A stretch of DNA of 64,000 bases from Gemmatimonadaceae bacterium (lineage in GTDB: Bacteria > Gemmatimonadota > Gemmatimonadetes > Gemmatimonadales > Gemmatimonadaceae). The position numbers and the translations under genes are program-made. The notes beneath the pieces were generated by a model, which worked only from the letters and a program-made list of their open reading frames with translations, did no database searches and was not told the origin of the DNA. The stretch is from NCBI GenBank assembly GCA_040901985.1, contig JBBDYC010000009.1, positions 92,364 to 156,363 on the forward strand. The letters are read 5' to 3'. Positions 51,604 through 62,455 of this stretch are shown here, piece by piece (position 1 is the stretch's first letter; every line of letters starts with the position of its first letter).

Positions 51604-53433
51604 GTGCTCCAAGAGATGCGAGTCGTTGCCAAGTACGTCTGGATCTTCCTCTTCATCGCGTTCGTCGGAAGCTTCCTCTTCGCCGATATGTCCGGCCTGA
51701 TCGGCCAGGCGCCGGTCACGACCTCCACTGTCGTGGCCAAGGTGAACGGCGATGAGATTCCCTACCTAGCGTGGGAAAACCTCACCCGCTCGCTTGCCCA
51801 GCAGCAGGAACAGCAGACCGGGCGCTCGCTGAACCTCGACGAGCGCCTCCAGCTCGAGCAGCAGGCGTTCGACCAGCTGGTGACCGACCTGCTCCTCCAA
51901 CAGGAATACGAGAGGCGGGGGATCATCGTCACCAACGACGAGATCGTGGCCGCCGCGCGGTACTCCCCCCCCCCCCAGTTCCAACAGGCGGCCGAGTTCC
52001 AGACGGAAGGCCGGTTCGACCAGGCCAAGTACGAGCGGTATCTGGCGTCGCCCCTCGCGCGCCAACAGGGCCTGCTGGCGCAGTTGGAGAGCTACTACCG
52101 GGCCGAGCTGCCGCGGAGCAAGCTCTTCTCGCAGTTGATTGCCGACACCTGGCTGAGCGACGAGCAGCTGTTCCAGGTCTTCCGGGACGAGCGGGACTCG
52201 GCGCGCGTGTCGTACGTGGCGCTGCGCCCGACGCCGGCGCAGGTCGCGGCGGTCACGGTGAGCGAGGCGGAGGTGAAGCGCTACTACGATCGCTACAAGG
52301 GACGCTGGGAGCGGAGCGGGCGGGCGGTGGTCTCGTTCGTCAGCATCAGCCGGATCCCGGTCGCGGCCGACACGGCGGCGGTGGTCGCGCGGCTTCGCGA
52401 GCTGCGCGCCGAGATCGTCGGCGGCGCGAGCTTCGCCGACGTGGCGCGCCGCGAGTCCGAGGATTCCGTCTCGGCGCGCGAGGGCGGCGATCTCGGCCGC
52501 GGGACGCGCGGCCGGTTCGTGCCCGCGTTCGAGAATGCCGCGTTTGCCCTTCGCGTGGGACAGGTCTCCGAGCCGGTAGAGACCCAGTTTGGGTGGCACC
52601 TGATCCAGGCGACCGATCGCAAGGGCGACACGCTCGCGGTGCGGCACATCCTGCTGCGCGTCCGCCAGGGCGATTCCACCGCGACGCTCTCGGACCGCGC
52701 GGCGGACCGGCTGGCCGGGATCGCGGCCGGCGCGAGCGACCCCCGCAAGTTCGACGAAGCCGCCGAGGCACTCGGGCTGCTCGTCACGCAGATCCCGGTG
52801 ACCGAGGGGCAGACGGCCACGTATCAGGGCCTCCCCGTCGGCGGCGTCAGCGGATGGGCGTTCTCCGGCGTGCAGCCGGGCGAGACGAGCGACCTCTTTG
52901 ACGACGAGCAGGCCTACTATCTCGTCCGGCTCGACTCGCTGACGCGGGGCGGCGAGCAGCCCCTCGCGCTGGTGCGCGACGACATCGCGCAGGCGCTGCG
53001 CGAACGGAAGGCCGTGGACGTCCTGGTGCCACAGGGCGAAGCGCTCCTCGCCGACGCGCGGAACTCGACGCTCGAGGCGATGGCGGCCAAGGCCGGGCTC
53101 ACGGTGGACACGACGCGCACGTTCACCCGGCTGAGCTTCGTGGAGGGACTCGGCTATTCGAACGAGGCGGTCGGCGCGGCGTTCGGCCTCGACGTCGGCA
53201 CCACCGCGATGGTGCGCACGATTGATGCCGTCTTCCTGATGCGGGTGAACCACCGGGTCGGGGCATCGCGCGAGGCCTTCGAGGCGCAGAAGGCCACCCA
53301 GCGCCAGCAACTCGGCAACGCGGCGCGCGAACAGCGCATCCGCACGTTCCTCGACAACCTCCGCCGCGAGGCGACGATCGTGGACCGCCGCCGCGACATC
53401 AACGCAGCGCTGCGGAGACAGGTAGTCGAATAA
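51604..53433 (+). CDS. PpiD/SurA-like periplasmic parvulin PPIase chaperone
   Basis: N-terminal TM, VAKVNG; parvulin FADVARRES.D...GGDLG...FENAAF...ETQFGWHLI. Confidence 0.88.
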   Translation: MLQEMRVVAKYVWIFLFIAFVGSFLFADMSGLIGQAPVTTSTVVAKVNGDEIPYLAWENLTRSLAQQQEQQTGRSLNLDERLQLEQQAFDQLVTDLLLQQEYERRGIIVTNDEIVAAARYSPPPQFQQAAEFQTEGRFDQAKYERYLASPLARQQGLLAQLESYYRAELPRSKLFSQLIADTWLSDEQLFQVFRDERDSARVSYVALRPTPAQVAAVTVSEAEVKRYYDRYKGRWERSGRAVVSFVSISRIPVAADTAAVVARLRELRAEIVGGASFADVARRESEDSVSAREGGDLGRGTRGRFVPAFENAAFALRVGQVSEPVETQFGWHLIQATDRKGDTLAVRHILLRVRQGDSTATLSDRAADRLAGIAAGASDPRKFDEAAEALGLLVTQIPVTEGQTATYQGLPVGGVSGWAFSGVQPGETSDLFDDEQAYYLVRLDSLTRGGEQPLALVRDDIAQALRERKAVDVLVPQGEALLADARNSTLEAMAAKAGLTVDTTRTFTRLSFVEGLGYSNEAVGAAFGLDVGTTAMVRTIDAVFLMRVNHRVGASREAFEAQKATQRQQLGNAAREQRIRTFLDNLRREATIVDRRRDINAALRRQVVE

Positions 53434-53516
53434 CTAAAGGTGAGAGGTGGAAGGTCACCGCACCTGCGCGCCAGGCAGTCCCCGGCGCGCCCCTTTCCCC
53501 TTTCTCCTTTCGCCTT

Positions 53517-53765
53517 TTAAATCAGCCTCTTCGGCTCCGTCCCCTCGGCATCCTTCTGCGGTGCCCCCTGGCGCTCCTGGGCGGGCGGCAGACTCCCCTG
53601 CTCCGCCGGCGTCGAGATCTCGCGCTGCACCTCGTTCATATTCTTCTTGAACTCCTTGATTCCCTTGCCGAACGAGCCGGCGATCTCGGGAATGCGCTTC
53701 GCGCCGAAGAGCAGGAGAACGACTACAAGACCGATGAAGAGTTCGGTCGGGCCGAGTCCGAACAT
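53517..53765 (-). CDS. tatA: Twin-arginine translocase TatA/E
   Basis: LLLFGAKRIPEIAGSFGKGIKEFKK. Confidence 0.95.
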   Translation of the reverse strand: MFGLGPTELFIGLVVVLLLFGAKRIPEIAGSFGKGIKEFKKNMNEVQREISTPAEQGSLPPAQERQGAPQKDAEGTEPKRLI

Positions 53766-53776
53766 ACGAACCTCCG

Positions 53777-54058
53777 TTAGAACAGCGAACGCGCGATGAG
53801 ATAGGCGGCGAGGACCCCGACAAGGCTCAGCAGCGAGACGTCGAGCGCGATGGGTCCCAATCCAAACTTGATGATGACCAGATCCACCGACAAGGGGCCG
53901 ACCGACGGCGTCACCCCGGTGGTGAGGAATTCCTTGACCGCGCCCGACGGCAGGAAGAGCCGGGCAAACTGCGTGAGGAAGCCGCCGACCACGAACCCGA
54001 TGGCCAGCACGATGGCGTGATACCCCGGGCGATGCTTCGCCGAGCCCTGGAGCGCCAT
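53777..54058 (-). CDS. Small membrane protein (DUF4321-like)
   Basis: Two hydrophobic segments with a central DLVIIKF; packed between the polyprenyl synthase and tatA. Confidence 0.6.
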   Translation of the reverse strand: MALQGSAKHRPGYHAIVLAIGFVVGGFLTQFARLFLPSGAVKEFLTTGVTPSVGPLSVDLVIIKFGLGPIALDVSLLSLVGVLAAYLIARSLF

Positions 54059-55062
54059 CAGGCCCGTCGGTCCATCACGTAGGCCAGCGCGTCCACCAGC
54101 GACTGCCGCACCTCCGACTCCGGCACGCCGTCCAAGGCCTCCTCCGCGAGCTGGGCGAATTTCTCCCCGGTCCGGCGTGCGTAGTCGAGCCCGCCGCACT
54201 CCGCCACGATGCCGACGACCTCGGCGATCGTCGCGTCACCCGGCGTCGGATCGGCGAAGAGGGCATCCACCCGCGCCCGCTGGGCGCGCGACATCTGCCC
54301 GAGCGCCGCGATCAGCGGGAGCGTGACCTTGTGCTCGCGCAGGTCGGTGCCGCCCGGCTTCCCGGTCACCGCCTCCTGCTCGATGTAGTCGAGCAGGTCG
54401 TCGGCGACCTGGAACGCCATCCCGAGCTGCTCCCCGAAGCGTCGGAGCTGGGCGCGGTAGCGCGGCGCGCCGGCCAACGCGCCCATCTCGCACGCCGCGC
54501 CGACCAGCGAGGCCGTCTTGGCCCGGATCAGCGTGTAGTAGTCCGCCTCGGTGAAGGTCAGCGCATCGTACGACGCCAGTTGGCGGAGCTCGCCGAGCGT
54601 CATCTCGTTCGACGCCTGCGTGAAGACCCGCAGCGGCTCGAGGTCACCGAGCCGCACCAGCTCGGCGATGGCCTTGGAGAACAGGAAGTCGCCCATCAGC
54701 ACGGCCACCTGATGACTGAAGATTGCGTTGAGCGTCGGCTGGCCGCGGCGGAGGACCGAGTGGTCCACCGAGTCGTCGTGGACAACGCTCGTCAGGTGCA
54801 CGAGCTCGGCGACCGCCGCCAGCGGGATGGCACGCTCCTCCGGCGTCCCCTCGACCTCCGACGCGAGGAGGAGGAGTGTCGGCCGGAAGAGCTTGCCGCG
54901 CATCCCGCGCAGGTGCGCGTTGGCCGCCTCGACAATCGCGACGTCGGCCTCGACGATCCGCCAGAGCTCCTCCGGCACGCGGTCGAGCCGGGCCCGCACC
55001 GGGAGCTGGATCTCGAGCAGCGCCGGGGCGACCGGCAGGCGCGTCTGCGCGTCGGGCGTCAC
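54058..55062 (-). CDS. Polyprenyl diphosphate synthase (IspB/HepT-like)
   Basis: GKLFRP, HDDSVD...RRG, KTA, FQVADDLLD. Confidence 0.93.
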   Translation of the reverse strand: MTPDAQTRLPVAPALLEIQLPVRARLDRVPEELWRIVEADVAIVEAANAHLRGMRGKLFRPTLLLLASEVEGTPEERAIPLAAVAELVHLTSVVHDDSVDHSVLRRGQPTLNAIFSHQVAVLMGDFLFSKAIAELVRLGDLEPLRVFTQASNEMTLGELRQLASYDALTFTEADYYTLIRAKTASLVGAACEMGALAGAPRYRAQLRRFGEQLGMAFQVADDLLDYIEQEAVTGKPGGTDLREHKVTLPLIAALGQMSRAQRARVDALFADPTPGDATIAEVVGIVAECGGLDYARRTGEKFAQLAEEALDGVPESEVRQSLVDALAYVMDRRA

Positions 55063-57380
55063 GTGAGATTCCGCTCGACCGCGCTGAGCCGGTCGCCGAC
55101 GTCGCGGAACTGGATGTCCACCGAGAAGACGCGCTCGTAGAACTTCTTGGCCTCCGGATACGCCTTGGTCTCCTCGGAGATGGCGCCGAGCAGGTAGAGC
55201 ACGCCGACGAGCTCCTCGTCGCGGACGTTCGGCTCGGAGAGCGCGCGCTGGAGAATCGTCGCCGCCACCGGAAGCTGCTGCTTCTCGATGAAGCAGTGGC
55301 CCAGCGCCTCGAACGAGCGCACGCGCGCATTGGGCGCGCGGAGCGCCTTCTGGAACTCGGCGATCGCCTCGTCGAGCAATCCCATCTCCTTGTAGGCGAC
55401 GCCGAGGTCGTAGTGGGCCTCGTGATCCTCGTCGTCCACGTTGTCGGAAACGCCCTGCTTGAACATCCGGAGCATATCGGCGAAGTCCGCCTGCTCGTCG
55501 CCGGTGGGCTCCTTCTCCTCGACGACCATCCGCGTGCTCTTCGGCTCGTCGTCCTCGCGCAGCCAGTCGCCGAGCGACACAAATTCGTCGTCGCTGTCAC
55601 CCTTGGGCTTGGCGGCCTTCTTCGGCATCGGGGCGGGCTTGGCGGGCGCCGCGGTGGTGCTGCGCCGCGGCGGCGGCGGGGCCTCGACGGCAACCTCCTC
55701 CGGGATGGACTCGATGGCCGCCTGGGCGCGCAGGTCGTCCGGCGTGATGTCGAGGACCCGCTGGTAGACCACGCGCGCCTTCTGCGCCTGGCCGTCGGCG
55801 AGCAGCGCGTCAGCGAGTTCGAGGTACGCCTCGGCGAGGAGCCCGCGGTCGTTGGCGCGGAAGGCGAACTCGACCCGCTTCTGGTGGAAGCGGATGGACT
55901 TGGGCTCAAGCCGGACGATCTCCTCGGCGATGGATCCGGCGGTGTCGAGGTCGCCGCCGGTCTCATAGCCGGTCATCGCCTGCTCGAGTTGCGCCACGCC
56001 TTCAGCCCGGTCGCCGCCCTCCAGCAGCGCCTCGGCGAACTGCCGCCGCAGGCCCCAGTCCTCCGGCGAGGCGTCCACGCGCTCCCGCAGGGCGTCCACC
56101 GAGGTCGCCAGTTCCGTGGAGGCCTCGGGCATCTCGAGCACCGGCGCCTCGACCACCGGCTCCTCGAACGGGCTGTCGCCCAGCGGCGAGTCGGTGTCGA
56201 AAACGATCAGATCGTCGGACAGCGATGGCTCCGGCTCGACTTGGAGGGCGTCGCCGCCGAGCGTCGGCTCCGGCTCGATCAGCGATTCCACGGTCCCGAT
56301 CTCCGCCGGCGCGTCGAGGTCCATCACCTCGAGGTCGGGCGCCGATCGCGGCACGGTCGGCGGCTCCTCGCTCTCCACCGGCTCCACCGGAGCGTCGGCG
56401 TCGGCGTCGGCGGGCGGTGCGACCTCGTCGGAGAAGCTGGTGGCCTGGAGTCCTGCCAACGATCCGCGCGGCGGTGGCGGTGCCTCGTCGGCGACCTGCG
56501 TGGGTTCGATGAGGATTGGCTCGGCGGGCGGCGCAGGGGGTGTGGCGGGAGCGGCGGGCTCGGCGGGGGCGGCGGCCGCCGGCTTGGCCGGAGCAGGCGG
56601 AGCGAGCGGCTCAAGCAGCGAGAGTCCCTCGACCGCCTTGGTGAGACGCTTGGTCTCCAGCGGCGACGGCATCCGCACGGACTTGCGGCCGGCCGGCGTG
56701 TCCACGTCGAGGAAGACCAGCCCCGCGCCCCCGGACGAGGACGCCGCACCGTCGGCCTTCGGCTCGATGGACGGGTCAATCTCCTTGAGCTTTGCGGCGA
56801 AGCTGTCGGCATCGCTTGCATCGCCGTCGGCCGACGCCTGCGCGTAGCCCACCTGGAGCTGGGCGATTGACTCGTCCTTCTTCCCCGCCTTGAGGAGTTG
56901 ATCGGCCAGCATCAACCGGACGTCGTACTGGTCCGGCACGAGGTCGGCGAACTCCTTCAGGGTCCGGAAGGCCTCGTCCATATTGCCGGCCTGCTGCTGG
57001 CGACTCGCGTACTCGAGGAAGTTCTGGCGCGCGTCGGCCTTGAAGCCCTTCTCGGCGCTGATCTTCCCGAGCTTGTAGTAGATCACGGTGCGGCCGGGCG
57101 AGGCGCGCAGGATCTTGTTGCAGAGCGCGATGGCCGGGTTGTAGAACCCGCCCTCGGTGTAGTGATCCACCGCCTTCTCCCAGACCGACACGGCGTCCGG
57201 GAGTTTCCCCGCCTTCTGCAGCATATCGCCGACGCGATTGTAGAACGGGATGTCTACCGGATCCTCTTCGCCCCCCTCGTACGCGTCAATGATCTGGCGA
57301 TAGACGTCGAGGGCCTTGTCCACCTGCTTCTTGGCCTCGAGGTCGGCCGCTTTCTTCTTCAGCTTGACGATGTCGGCCAT
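55059..57380 (-). CDS. Large TPR protein with a C-terminal HYDLGVAYKEMGL TPR cluster
   Basis: N- and C-terminal TPR arrays separated by an acidic linker. Confidence 0.8.
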   Translation of the reverse strand: MADIVKLKKKAADLEAKKQVDKALDVYRQIIDAYEGGEEDPVDIPFYNRVGDMLQKAGKLPDAVSVWEKAVDHYTEGGFYNPAIALCNKILRASPGRTVIYYKLGKISAEKGFKADARQNFLEYASRQQQAGNMDEAFRTLKEFADLVPDQYDVRLMLADQLLKAGKKDESIAQLQVGYAQASADGDASDADSFAAKLKEIDPSIEPKADGAASSSGGAGLVFLDVDTPAGRKSVRMPSPLETKRLTKAVEGLSLLEPLAPPAPAKPAAAAPAEPAAPATPPAPPAEPILIEPTQVADEAPPPPRGSLAGLQATSFSDEVAPPADADADAPVEPVESEEPPTVPRSAPDLEVMDLDAPAEIGTVESLIEPEPTLGGDALQVEPEPSLSDDLIVFDTDSPLGDSPFEEPVVEAPVLEMPEASTELATSVDALRERVDASPEDWGLRRQFAEALLEGGDRAEGVAQLEQAMTGYETGGDLDTAGSIAEEIVRLEPKSIRFHQKRVEFAFRANDRGLLAEAYLELADALLADGQAQKARVVYQRVLDITPDDLRAQAAIESIPEEVAVEAPPPPRRSTTAAPAKPAPMPKKAAKPKGDSDDEFVSLGDWLREDDEPKSTRMVVEEKEPTGDEQADFADMLRMFKQGVSDNVDDEDHEAHYDLGVAYKEMGLLDEAIAEFQKALRAPNARVRSFEALGHCFIEKQQLPVAATILQRALSEPNVRDEELVGVLYLLGAISEETKAYPEAKKFYERVFSVDIQFRDVGDRLSAVERNLT

Positions 57381-57487
57381 TCGGGGAGGCGGTCGGCGAG
57401 AAACAGGGCGGGCATCAGTAGAGCGCCGGAGGCGCAACGACCCGAAAGGTACGCCCCGAACCACTGGCGTGACAAGCGTTTGGGTCG

Positions 57488-58744
57488 CTACTCCGTGTGT
57501 GCCGGCCGGCCGCCGACCCAACTGCCCACGCAGCGTCGGTCGCCGTACCAGTACGGGATCTCCCGATGGTCACCCACCGCGAAGAGCGCCAGGTCGCCCT
57601 GAAATCCTGGCGAGAGCTGGCCAAGCTCGGCGGCCATCCCGAGCGCCGCCGCACCATTCACCGTCGCCGCCACGAACGCCTCGGCGACGCTCAGCCGGAG
57701 CTGGCTCACGCCGAGCGTGAGGACCAGCGGGAAGTTCACGGTCGGGCTTGTCCCCGGATTGAAGTCGGAGGCGAGGGCCACGGCGCAGCCGGCCTCGACC
57801 AGCGCCCGCGCCGGGGCCTGGGTGGACCGCCCGAGGAACAGCATCGTCCCGGGGAGGAGCGTGGCCACGGTCCCCGCCTTCGCGAGGGCGGCGATCCCGG
57901 CGGCGGAGACCGCCGCGAGATGGTCGGCGGAGGTCGCGCCAAGTTCGGCGGCGAGCTCGGCCGCCGCGCCGTTCGCGAGTTCGTCGGCGTGCAGCTTGAG
58001 GGAGAGCCCGTGCGAGCGCGCCGCGGTCAGCACCTGCCGCGACTCCTCGACGCTGTAGACGCCGGGCTCGCAGAAGACGTCGCAGAAGCGCGCCAGTCCC
58101 TCGCGCGCCACGGCCGGCAGCATCTCGTGGACGACGAGCGCCAGGTAGTCGGCCCGCGTGCGCGGCGCCTCGCGGTACTCGAGCGGGACCTCGTGCGCGC
58201 CGAGGAACGTCGGGACGAGCCGCACCGGCAGCTCGGCGGCGAGGCGGCGCACCACGCGCAGGGTGCGGAGCTCGGCGTCGAGCGAGAGGCCGTAGCCCGA
58301 CTTCACCTCGATCGTCGTGGTGCCGTGCGCGGCAAGCCGGCGGAGCCGCGCGCCGGCGAGCGCCGCGAGGTCGTCCTCCGGGCGCGTCCGCAGGTCGCGC
58401 ACCGAGGCGTGGATCCCGCCGCCACGCCGGGCGATCTCCAGATACCCGACGCCGGCGGCGCGGAGCTCCTGCTCCTCGTGGCGCGGCCGCCCGAAGATCG
58501 CGTGCGTGTGCGAGTCCACGAAGCCCGGTGTCAGCACGCCGCGCGCGCAATCCACGAGCGTCGCCGCGGGATGCGCCGCGCGGAGCTCGGCATCCGGCGC
58601 GACGGCGAGCACGCGGCCATCGGCCCCGACCGCCACGCCGACCCCGTCGCGCACGCCGGCGTCGGCCATCTCGGCGCCGCGACGCGCGCGCCCCGGGCCC
58701 GCGCACGTCACCACCTGCGCGGCGTTCACGAAGAGCGTCGTCAC
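57488..58744 (-). CDS. hutI: Imidazolonepropionase
   Basis: [36 protein letters not shown]. Confidence 0.96.
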   Translation of the reverse strand: MTTLFVNAAQVVTCAGPGRARRGAEMADAGVRDGVGVAVGADGRVLAVAPDAELRAAHPAATLVDCARGVLTPGFVDSHTHAIFGRPRHEEQELRAAGVGYLEIARRGGGIHASVRDLRTRPEDDLAALAGARLRRLAAHGTTTIEVKSGYGLSLDAELRTLRVVRRLAAELPVRLVPTFLGAHEVPLEYREAPRTRADYLALVVHEMLPAVAREGLARFCDVFCEPGVYSVEESRQVLTAARSHGLSLKLHADELANGAAAELAAELGATSADHLAAVSAAGIAALAKAGTVATLLPGTMLFLGRSTQAPARALVEAGCAVALASDFNPGTSPTVNFPLVLTLGVSQLRLSVAEAFVAATVNGAAALGMAAELGQLSPGFQGDLALFAVGDHREIPYWYGDRRCVGSWVGGRPAHTE

Positions 58745-60417
58745 GCGCCGTCCGGGCGCGGGCCGCCCATCGGGATGCGGATGCCGGTCCGCCGCGCGGT
58801 CTCCTGCGCCGACGGGTATCCCGCATCGGCGTGCCGCGCCACGCCGATCCCCGGATCGTTCGTCAGCACGCGCTCGAGCCGCTCGCGCATCTCCGGCGTC
58901 CCGTCGGCGACGATCACCTGTCCCGCGTGGAGCGAGTTGCCGATCCCCACCCCGCCGCCGTGGTGAAAGCTCACCCAGCTCGCGCCGCTCGCCACGTTGA
59001 GCAGCGCGTTGAGGATCGCCCAGTCAGCCACCGCGTCGGTGCCGTCCTTCATCCCCTCCGTCTCGCGGAAGGGTGAGGCCACGCTGCCGGTGTCGAGGTG
59101 GTCGCGCCCGATGACGATCGGTGCCGAGATCTCCCCCGAGGCGACGAGGTCGTTGAGCGCCACGCCGAAGCGGGCGCGTTCGCCCTGGCCGAGCCAGCAG
59201 ATGCGCGCCGGCAAGCCCTGGAACCGGATTCGCTCGCGTGCCATCGTGATCCACCGCTTGAGGTGCGCGTCGTCCGGAAACATCTCCAGCACCAGGTCGT
59301 CGGTGCGTGCGATGTCGGCCGGGTCGCCCGAGAGCGCGGCCCAGCGGAACGGGCCCTTGCCCTCGCAGAACAGTGGCCGCACGTACTCGGGGACGAACCC
59401 GGGAATCCGGAAGGCGTCGGTGACGCCGGCGTCGAGGGCGACGGTGCGGATGTTGTTGCCGTAGTCGAAGGCGACCGCGCCGGCGTCCTGCATCGCGCGC
59501 ATCGCGCGGACGTGAGCGACGACGCTCGCCGTCGAGCGGCGCAGGTACTCCGCGGAATCGCTGCCGCGCAGCGCCGTCGCGGCGGCGAGCGACATCGCGT
59601 GCGGGACGTAGCCGTGCAGCATATCGTGCGCCGAGGTCTGGTCGGTCACGACGTCGGGGATCAGGCCGCGCTCGACCATCGTCGGGAGGACCTCCGCCGC
59701 ATTGCCGACGAGCCCGACCGAGAGTCCGCGCCTCGCTGCCTGCGCCTCGCGGATCCAGCGCATCGCCTCGTCGAGGTCGGCCGTCATCCGGTCGCAGTAG
59801 CCGCCCTGCAGGCGCTTCTCGATGCGCGACGGATCCACCTCGACGCAAAGGATCGCGGCGTCGTTCATCGTCGCCGCCAACGGCTGCGCGCCGCCCATCC
59901 CGCCGAGTCCGGCGGTGAGGACGAAGCGGCCGGCGAGGGTGCCGCCGAAGTGCCGGCGCGCGACCGCGCCGAACGTCTCGAACGTCCCCTGCACGATTCC
60001 CTGCGACCCGATGTAGATCCACGACCCGGCGGTCATCTGCCCGTACATCATCAGGCCCCGCCGCTCGAGCTCGCGGAAATGCTCCCAGGTGGCGAAGCGG
60101 CCCACAAGGTTGGAGTTGGCGATCAGGACGCGGGGCGAATGGCGGTGGGTGCGGAAGACGGCGACCGGCTTGCCGCTCTGGACGAGGAGCGTCTCGTCGT
60201 CGGCGAGGTCGCGCAGCGTCGCGACGATCGCGTCGAACGACTCCCAGTTGCGCGCCGCCTTGCCGGTCCCGCCATAGACGACGAGGTCCTCGGGCCGCTC
60301 CGCGACCTCGGGGTCGAGATTGTTCATCAGCATCCGCAGGGCGGCCTCCTGCGGCCAGCCCTTGCAGCTGATCGCCGTGCCGCGCGGGGCGCGCACGACT
60401 CGCGTCTGGTTCGTCAT
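58741..60417 (-). CDS. hutU: Urocanate hydratase
   Basis: [37 protein letters not shown]. Confidence 0.98.
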   Translation of the reverse strand: MTNQTRVVRAPRGTAISCKGWPQEAALRMLMNNLDPEVAERPEDLVVYGGTGKAARNWESFDAIVATLRDLADDETLLVQSGKPVAVFRTHRHSPRVLIANSNLVGRFATWEHFRELERRGLMMYGQMTAGSWIYIGSQGIVQGTFETFGAVARRHFGGTLAGRFVLTAGLGGMGGAQPLAATMNDAAILCVEVDPSRIEKRLQGGYCDRMTADLDEAMRWIREAQAARRGLSVGLVGNAAEVLPTMVERGLIPDVVTDQTSAHDMLHGYVPHAMSLAAATALRGSDSAEYLRRSTASVVAHVRAMRAMQDAGAVAFDYGNNIRTVALDAGVTDAFRIPGFVPEYVRPLFCEGKGPFRWAALSGDPADIARTDDLVLEMFPDDAHLKRWITMARERIRFQGLPARICWLGQGERARFGVALNDLVASGEISAPIVIGRDHLDTGSVASPFRETEGMKDGTDAVADWAILNALLNVASGASWVSFHHGGGVGIGNSLHAGQVIVADGTPEMRERLERVLTNDPGIGVARHADAGYPSAQETARRTGIRIPMGGPRPDGA

Positions 60418-60509
60418 CGCTGGCCGCGGCTCCTCTCAGGCATCGCGCTAATCTAGCGCGTCGGCGGGCCCTGTTCTGCTCGCCTGCTGTCTGGCTGGGA
60501 TTCGTGCGC

Positions 60510-60899
60510 GGTCGGGGGGCGGGGGCATTCCCTTCGCGAGCCTCACGCGCTTAGACGCTGCGAGCCGCCGCAACGGCGCGGCGTCTCTTGCTACGCGCGA
60601 CGGCTCGCTGTGGGAACGCCCCCGCCCCCCTCCCCAGCCGGCCTCGCACGTGAGGGGCGGCGGCGAGGCGCGGCCCGGCCGCGCGCGAGCGCACGCGACG
60701 CCCACGCCGAGGGCGAGCCAGAGTGAGCGATCCGGATCGCGCCCGCGCGAGCCGACCTGCACTGAAGACCTTGGGAGGGCGGGAGCGGCCGCGCGGCGCA
60801 GGGGCCTACGCCGTAGCAAGAGACCCCGCGGCAGTTCGCGGGGGCTCGCAGCGTGTAAGGCGTTGGCCCCGAAGCCGTGTGGCCGCTCCCGACCGACCG
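60510..60899. repeat. Structured repeat element D (inverted pair; left arm strongly diverged)
   Basis: Core reversed at 60551-60594 and forward from GTAG 60813; lies between hutH and hutU. Confidence 0.88.
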
Positions 60900-60952
60900 A
60901 CGCACCGACGCACCGCAGTCGCCGTTCAGCAGCGAACGTGCGGGAGACCGCG

Positions 60953-62455
60953 CTACGCAAACTCGCCGTCCGCGACGCCGACCGCGAGCGACTCGATGTC
61001 GCCCCCGAGCACGCGGTCGGCCACGAGCGGCGCCACGCGCGCGCGGACCGCGGCGTAGGCGCGCTCGACCCCGACGCCGGCGCGCAGCGGCCGCCGCGAC
61101 TCCAGCCCCTGCGCCGCGCAAAGGAGCTCGACCGCCAGCACGTGCCGCACATTGTGGAGCACGCGCCGCAGCTTGATCGCCGCGCCCATCGCCATCGGCA
61201 CCACGTCCTCCTTGCTGCCGTCCGTGGGAATCGTGTCCACGCTCGCCGGATGCGCGAGCACCTTGCATTCGCTCGTCAGCGCGGCCGCCGTCACCTGCGC
61301 CATCATCAGGCCCGAGCTGACGCCCGCCGTCGCGGTCAGGAAGGGCGGCAGGCCCTGGTTGAGGTCCGGATGGACGAGACGGTCGGCCCGCCGCTCACTC
61401 ATCGCCGCGAGGTTCGTCATCACGATCGCCAGCACGTCGAGCGCCAGCGCCACCGCCTGGCCGTGGAAGTTGCCGCCGGAGAGCATCGTCCCGTCGTCGA
61501 ACACCAGCGGGTTGTCGGTGGCCGCATTCAGCTCCGGCGCGATCAGCGACTCGGCGAAGTCCAGCGCCTCGAGCACCGGCCCGTGCACCTGCGGCATGCA
61601 GCGGAGGGCGTAGGCGTCCTGCACGCGCGGGTCATTGTCGCGATGCGATTCGCGGATCTCGCTCCCTTCCAACAACGCGAGCAGGCGCGCGGCGGAGGCG
61701 GACTGGCCGCGCTGGCCGCGTGCGGCGTGGATCCGCGCGTCGAAGGCCGCCGGCGTGCCGAGCAGGGCCTCGAGCGACATCGCGCCGGCGGCGTGCGCGG
61801 CGTCCCAGCACCGCCGCGCTTCGACAAGTGCGAGGGCGGCGACCGCGGTGTGCGCCTGCGTCCCGTTGATCAGCGCCAACCCTTCCTTCGGGCCGAGCGT
61901 GACCGGCGCCAGCCGGTGCTGCCGCAACACCTCGGCAGCCGGCCCCTCGCCCTTGGGATGCCGCAGCGTGCCCTCCCCGATCAGCGCCAGCGCGAGGTGC
62001 GCCAGCGGCGCGAGGTCCCCGCTCGCGCCCACCGACCCCTGTTCCGGCACCGGCGGGTGGAGCCGCGCGTCGAGCATCGCGCAGAGGAGCTCGACGAGTT
62101 CCGGCCGCGCGCCGCTGTAGCCCTTGGCGAGGACGTTGGCGCGGAGCAGCATCATCGCGCGGACCTCGCGCTCGGGGAGCCGCGGCCCCACCCCCGCCGC
62201 GTGGCTGCGGACGAGATTCACCTGCAGCTGCGCCAGCTGGTCGGGCGCGATGGCGATGTCGGCGAGCTTGCCGAATCCGGTGGTGACGCCGTACACCACC
62301 TCGCCGCGCGCGGCGATTCCCTCCACAATCGTCCGCGTGGCGCGCATCCGGTCGCGCGCCGTCGCCGCGAGCCGGACCGCGCGCCCGCCGTCGGCGACGG
62401 CGGCGACCTCGGCGACCGTCAGGGTGGAGCCGGTCAGTTCGAGGGCAGCGGTCAC
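60953..62455 (-). CDS. hutH: Histidine ammonia-lyase
   Basis: VYGVTTGFG, GASGDLAPL (MIO motif), QDAYALRC, GGNFHG; GTG start overlaps the upstream stop. Confidence 0.96.
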   Translation of the reverse strand: MTAALELTGSTLTVAEVAAVADGGRAVRLAATARDRMRATRTIVEGIAARGEVVYGVTTGFGKLADIAIAPDQLAQLQVNLVRSHAAGVGPRLPEREVRAMMLLRANVLAKGYSGARPELVELLCAMLDARLHPPVPEQGSVGASGDLAPLAHLALALIGEGTLRHPKGEGPAAEVLRQHRLAPVTLGPKEGLALINGTQAHTAVAALALVEARRCWDAAHAAGAMSLEALLGTPAAFDARIHAARGQRGQSASAARLLALLEGSEIRESHRDNDPRVQDAYALRCMPQVHGPVLEALDFAESLIAPELNAATDNPLVFDDGTMLSGGNFHGQAVALALDVLAIVMTNLAAMSERRADRLVHPDLNQGLPPFLTATAGVSSGLMMAQVTAAALTSECKVLAHPASVDTIPTDGSKEDVVPMAMGAAIKLRRVLHNVRHVLAVELLCAAQGLESRRPLRAGVGVERAYAAVRARVAPLVADRVLGGDIESLAVGVADGEFA

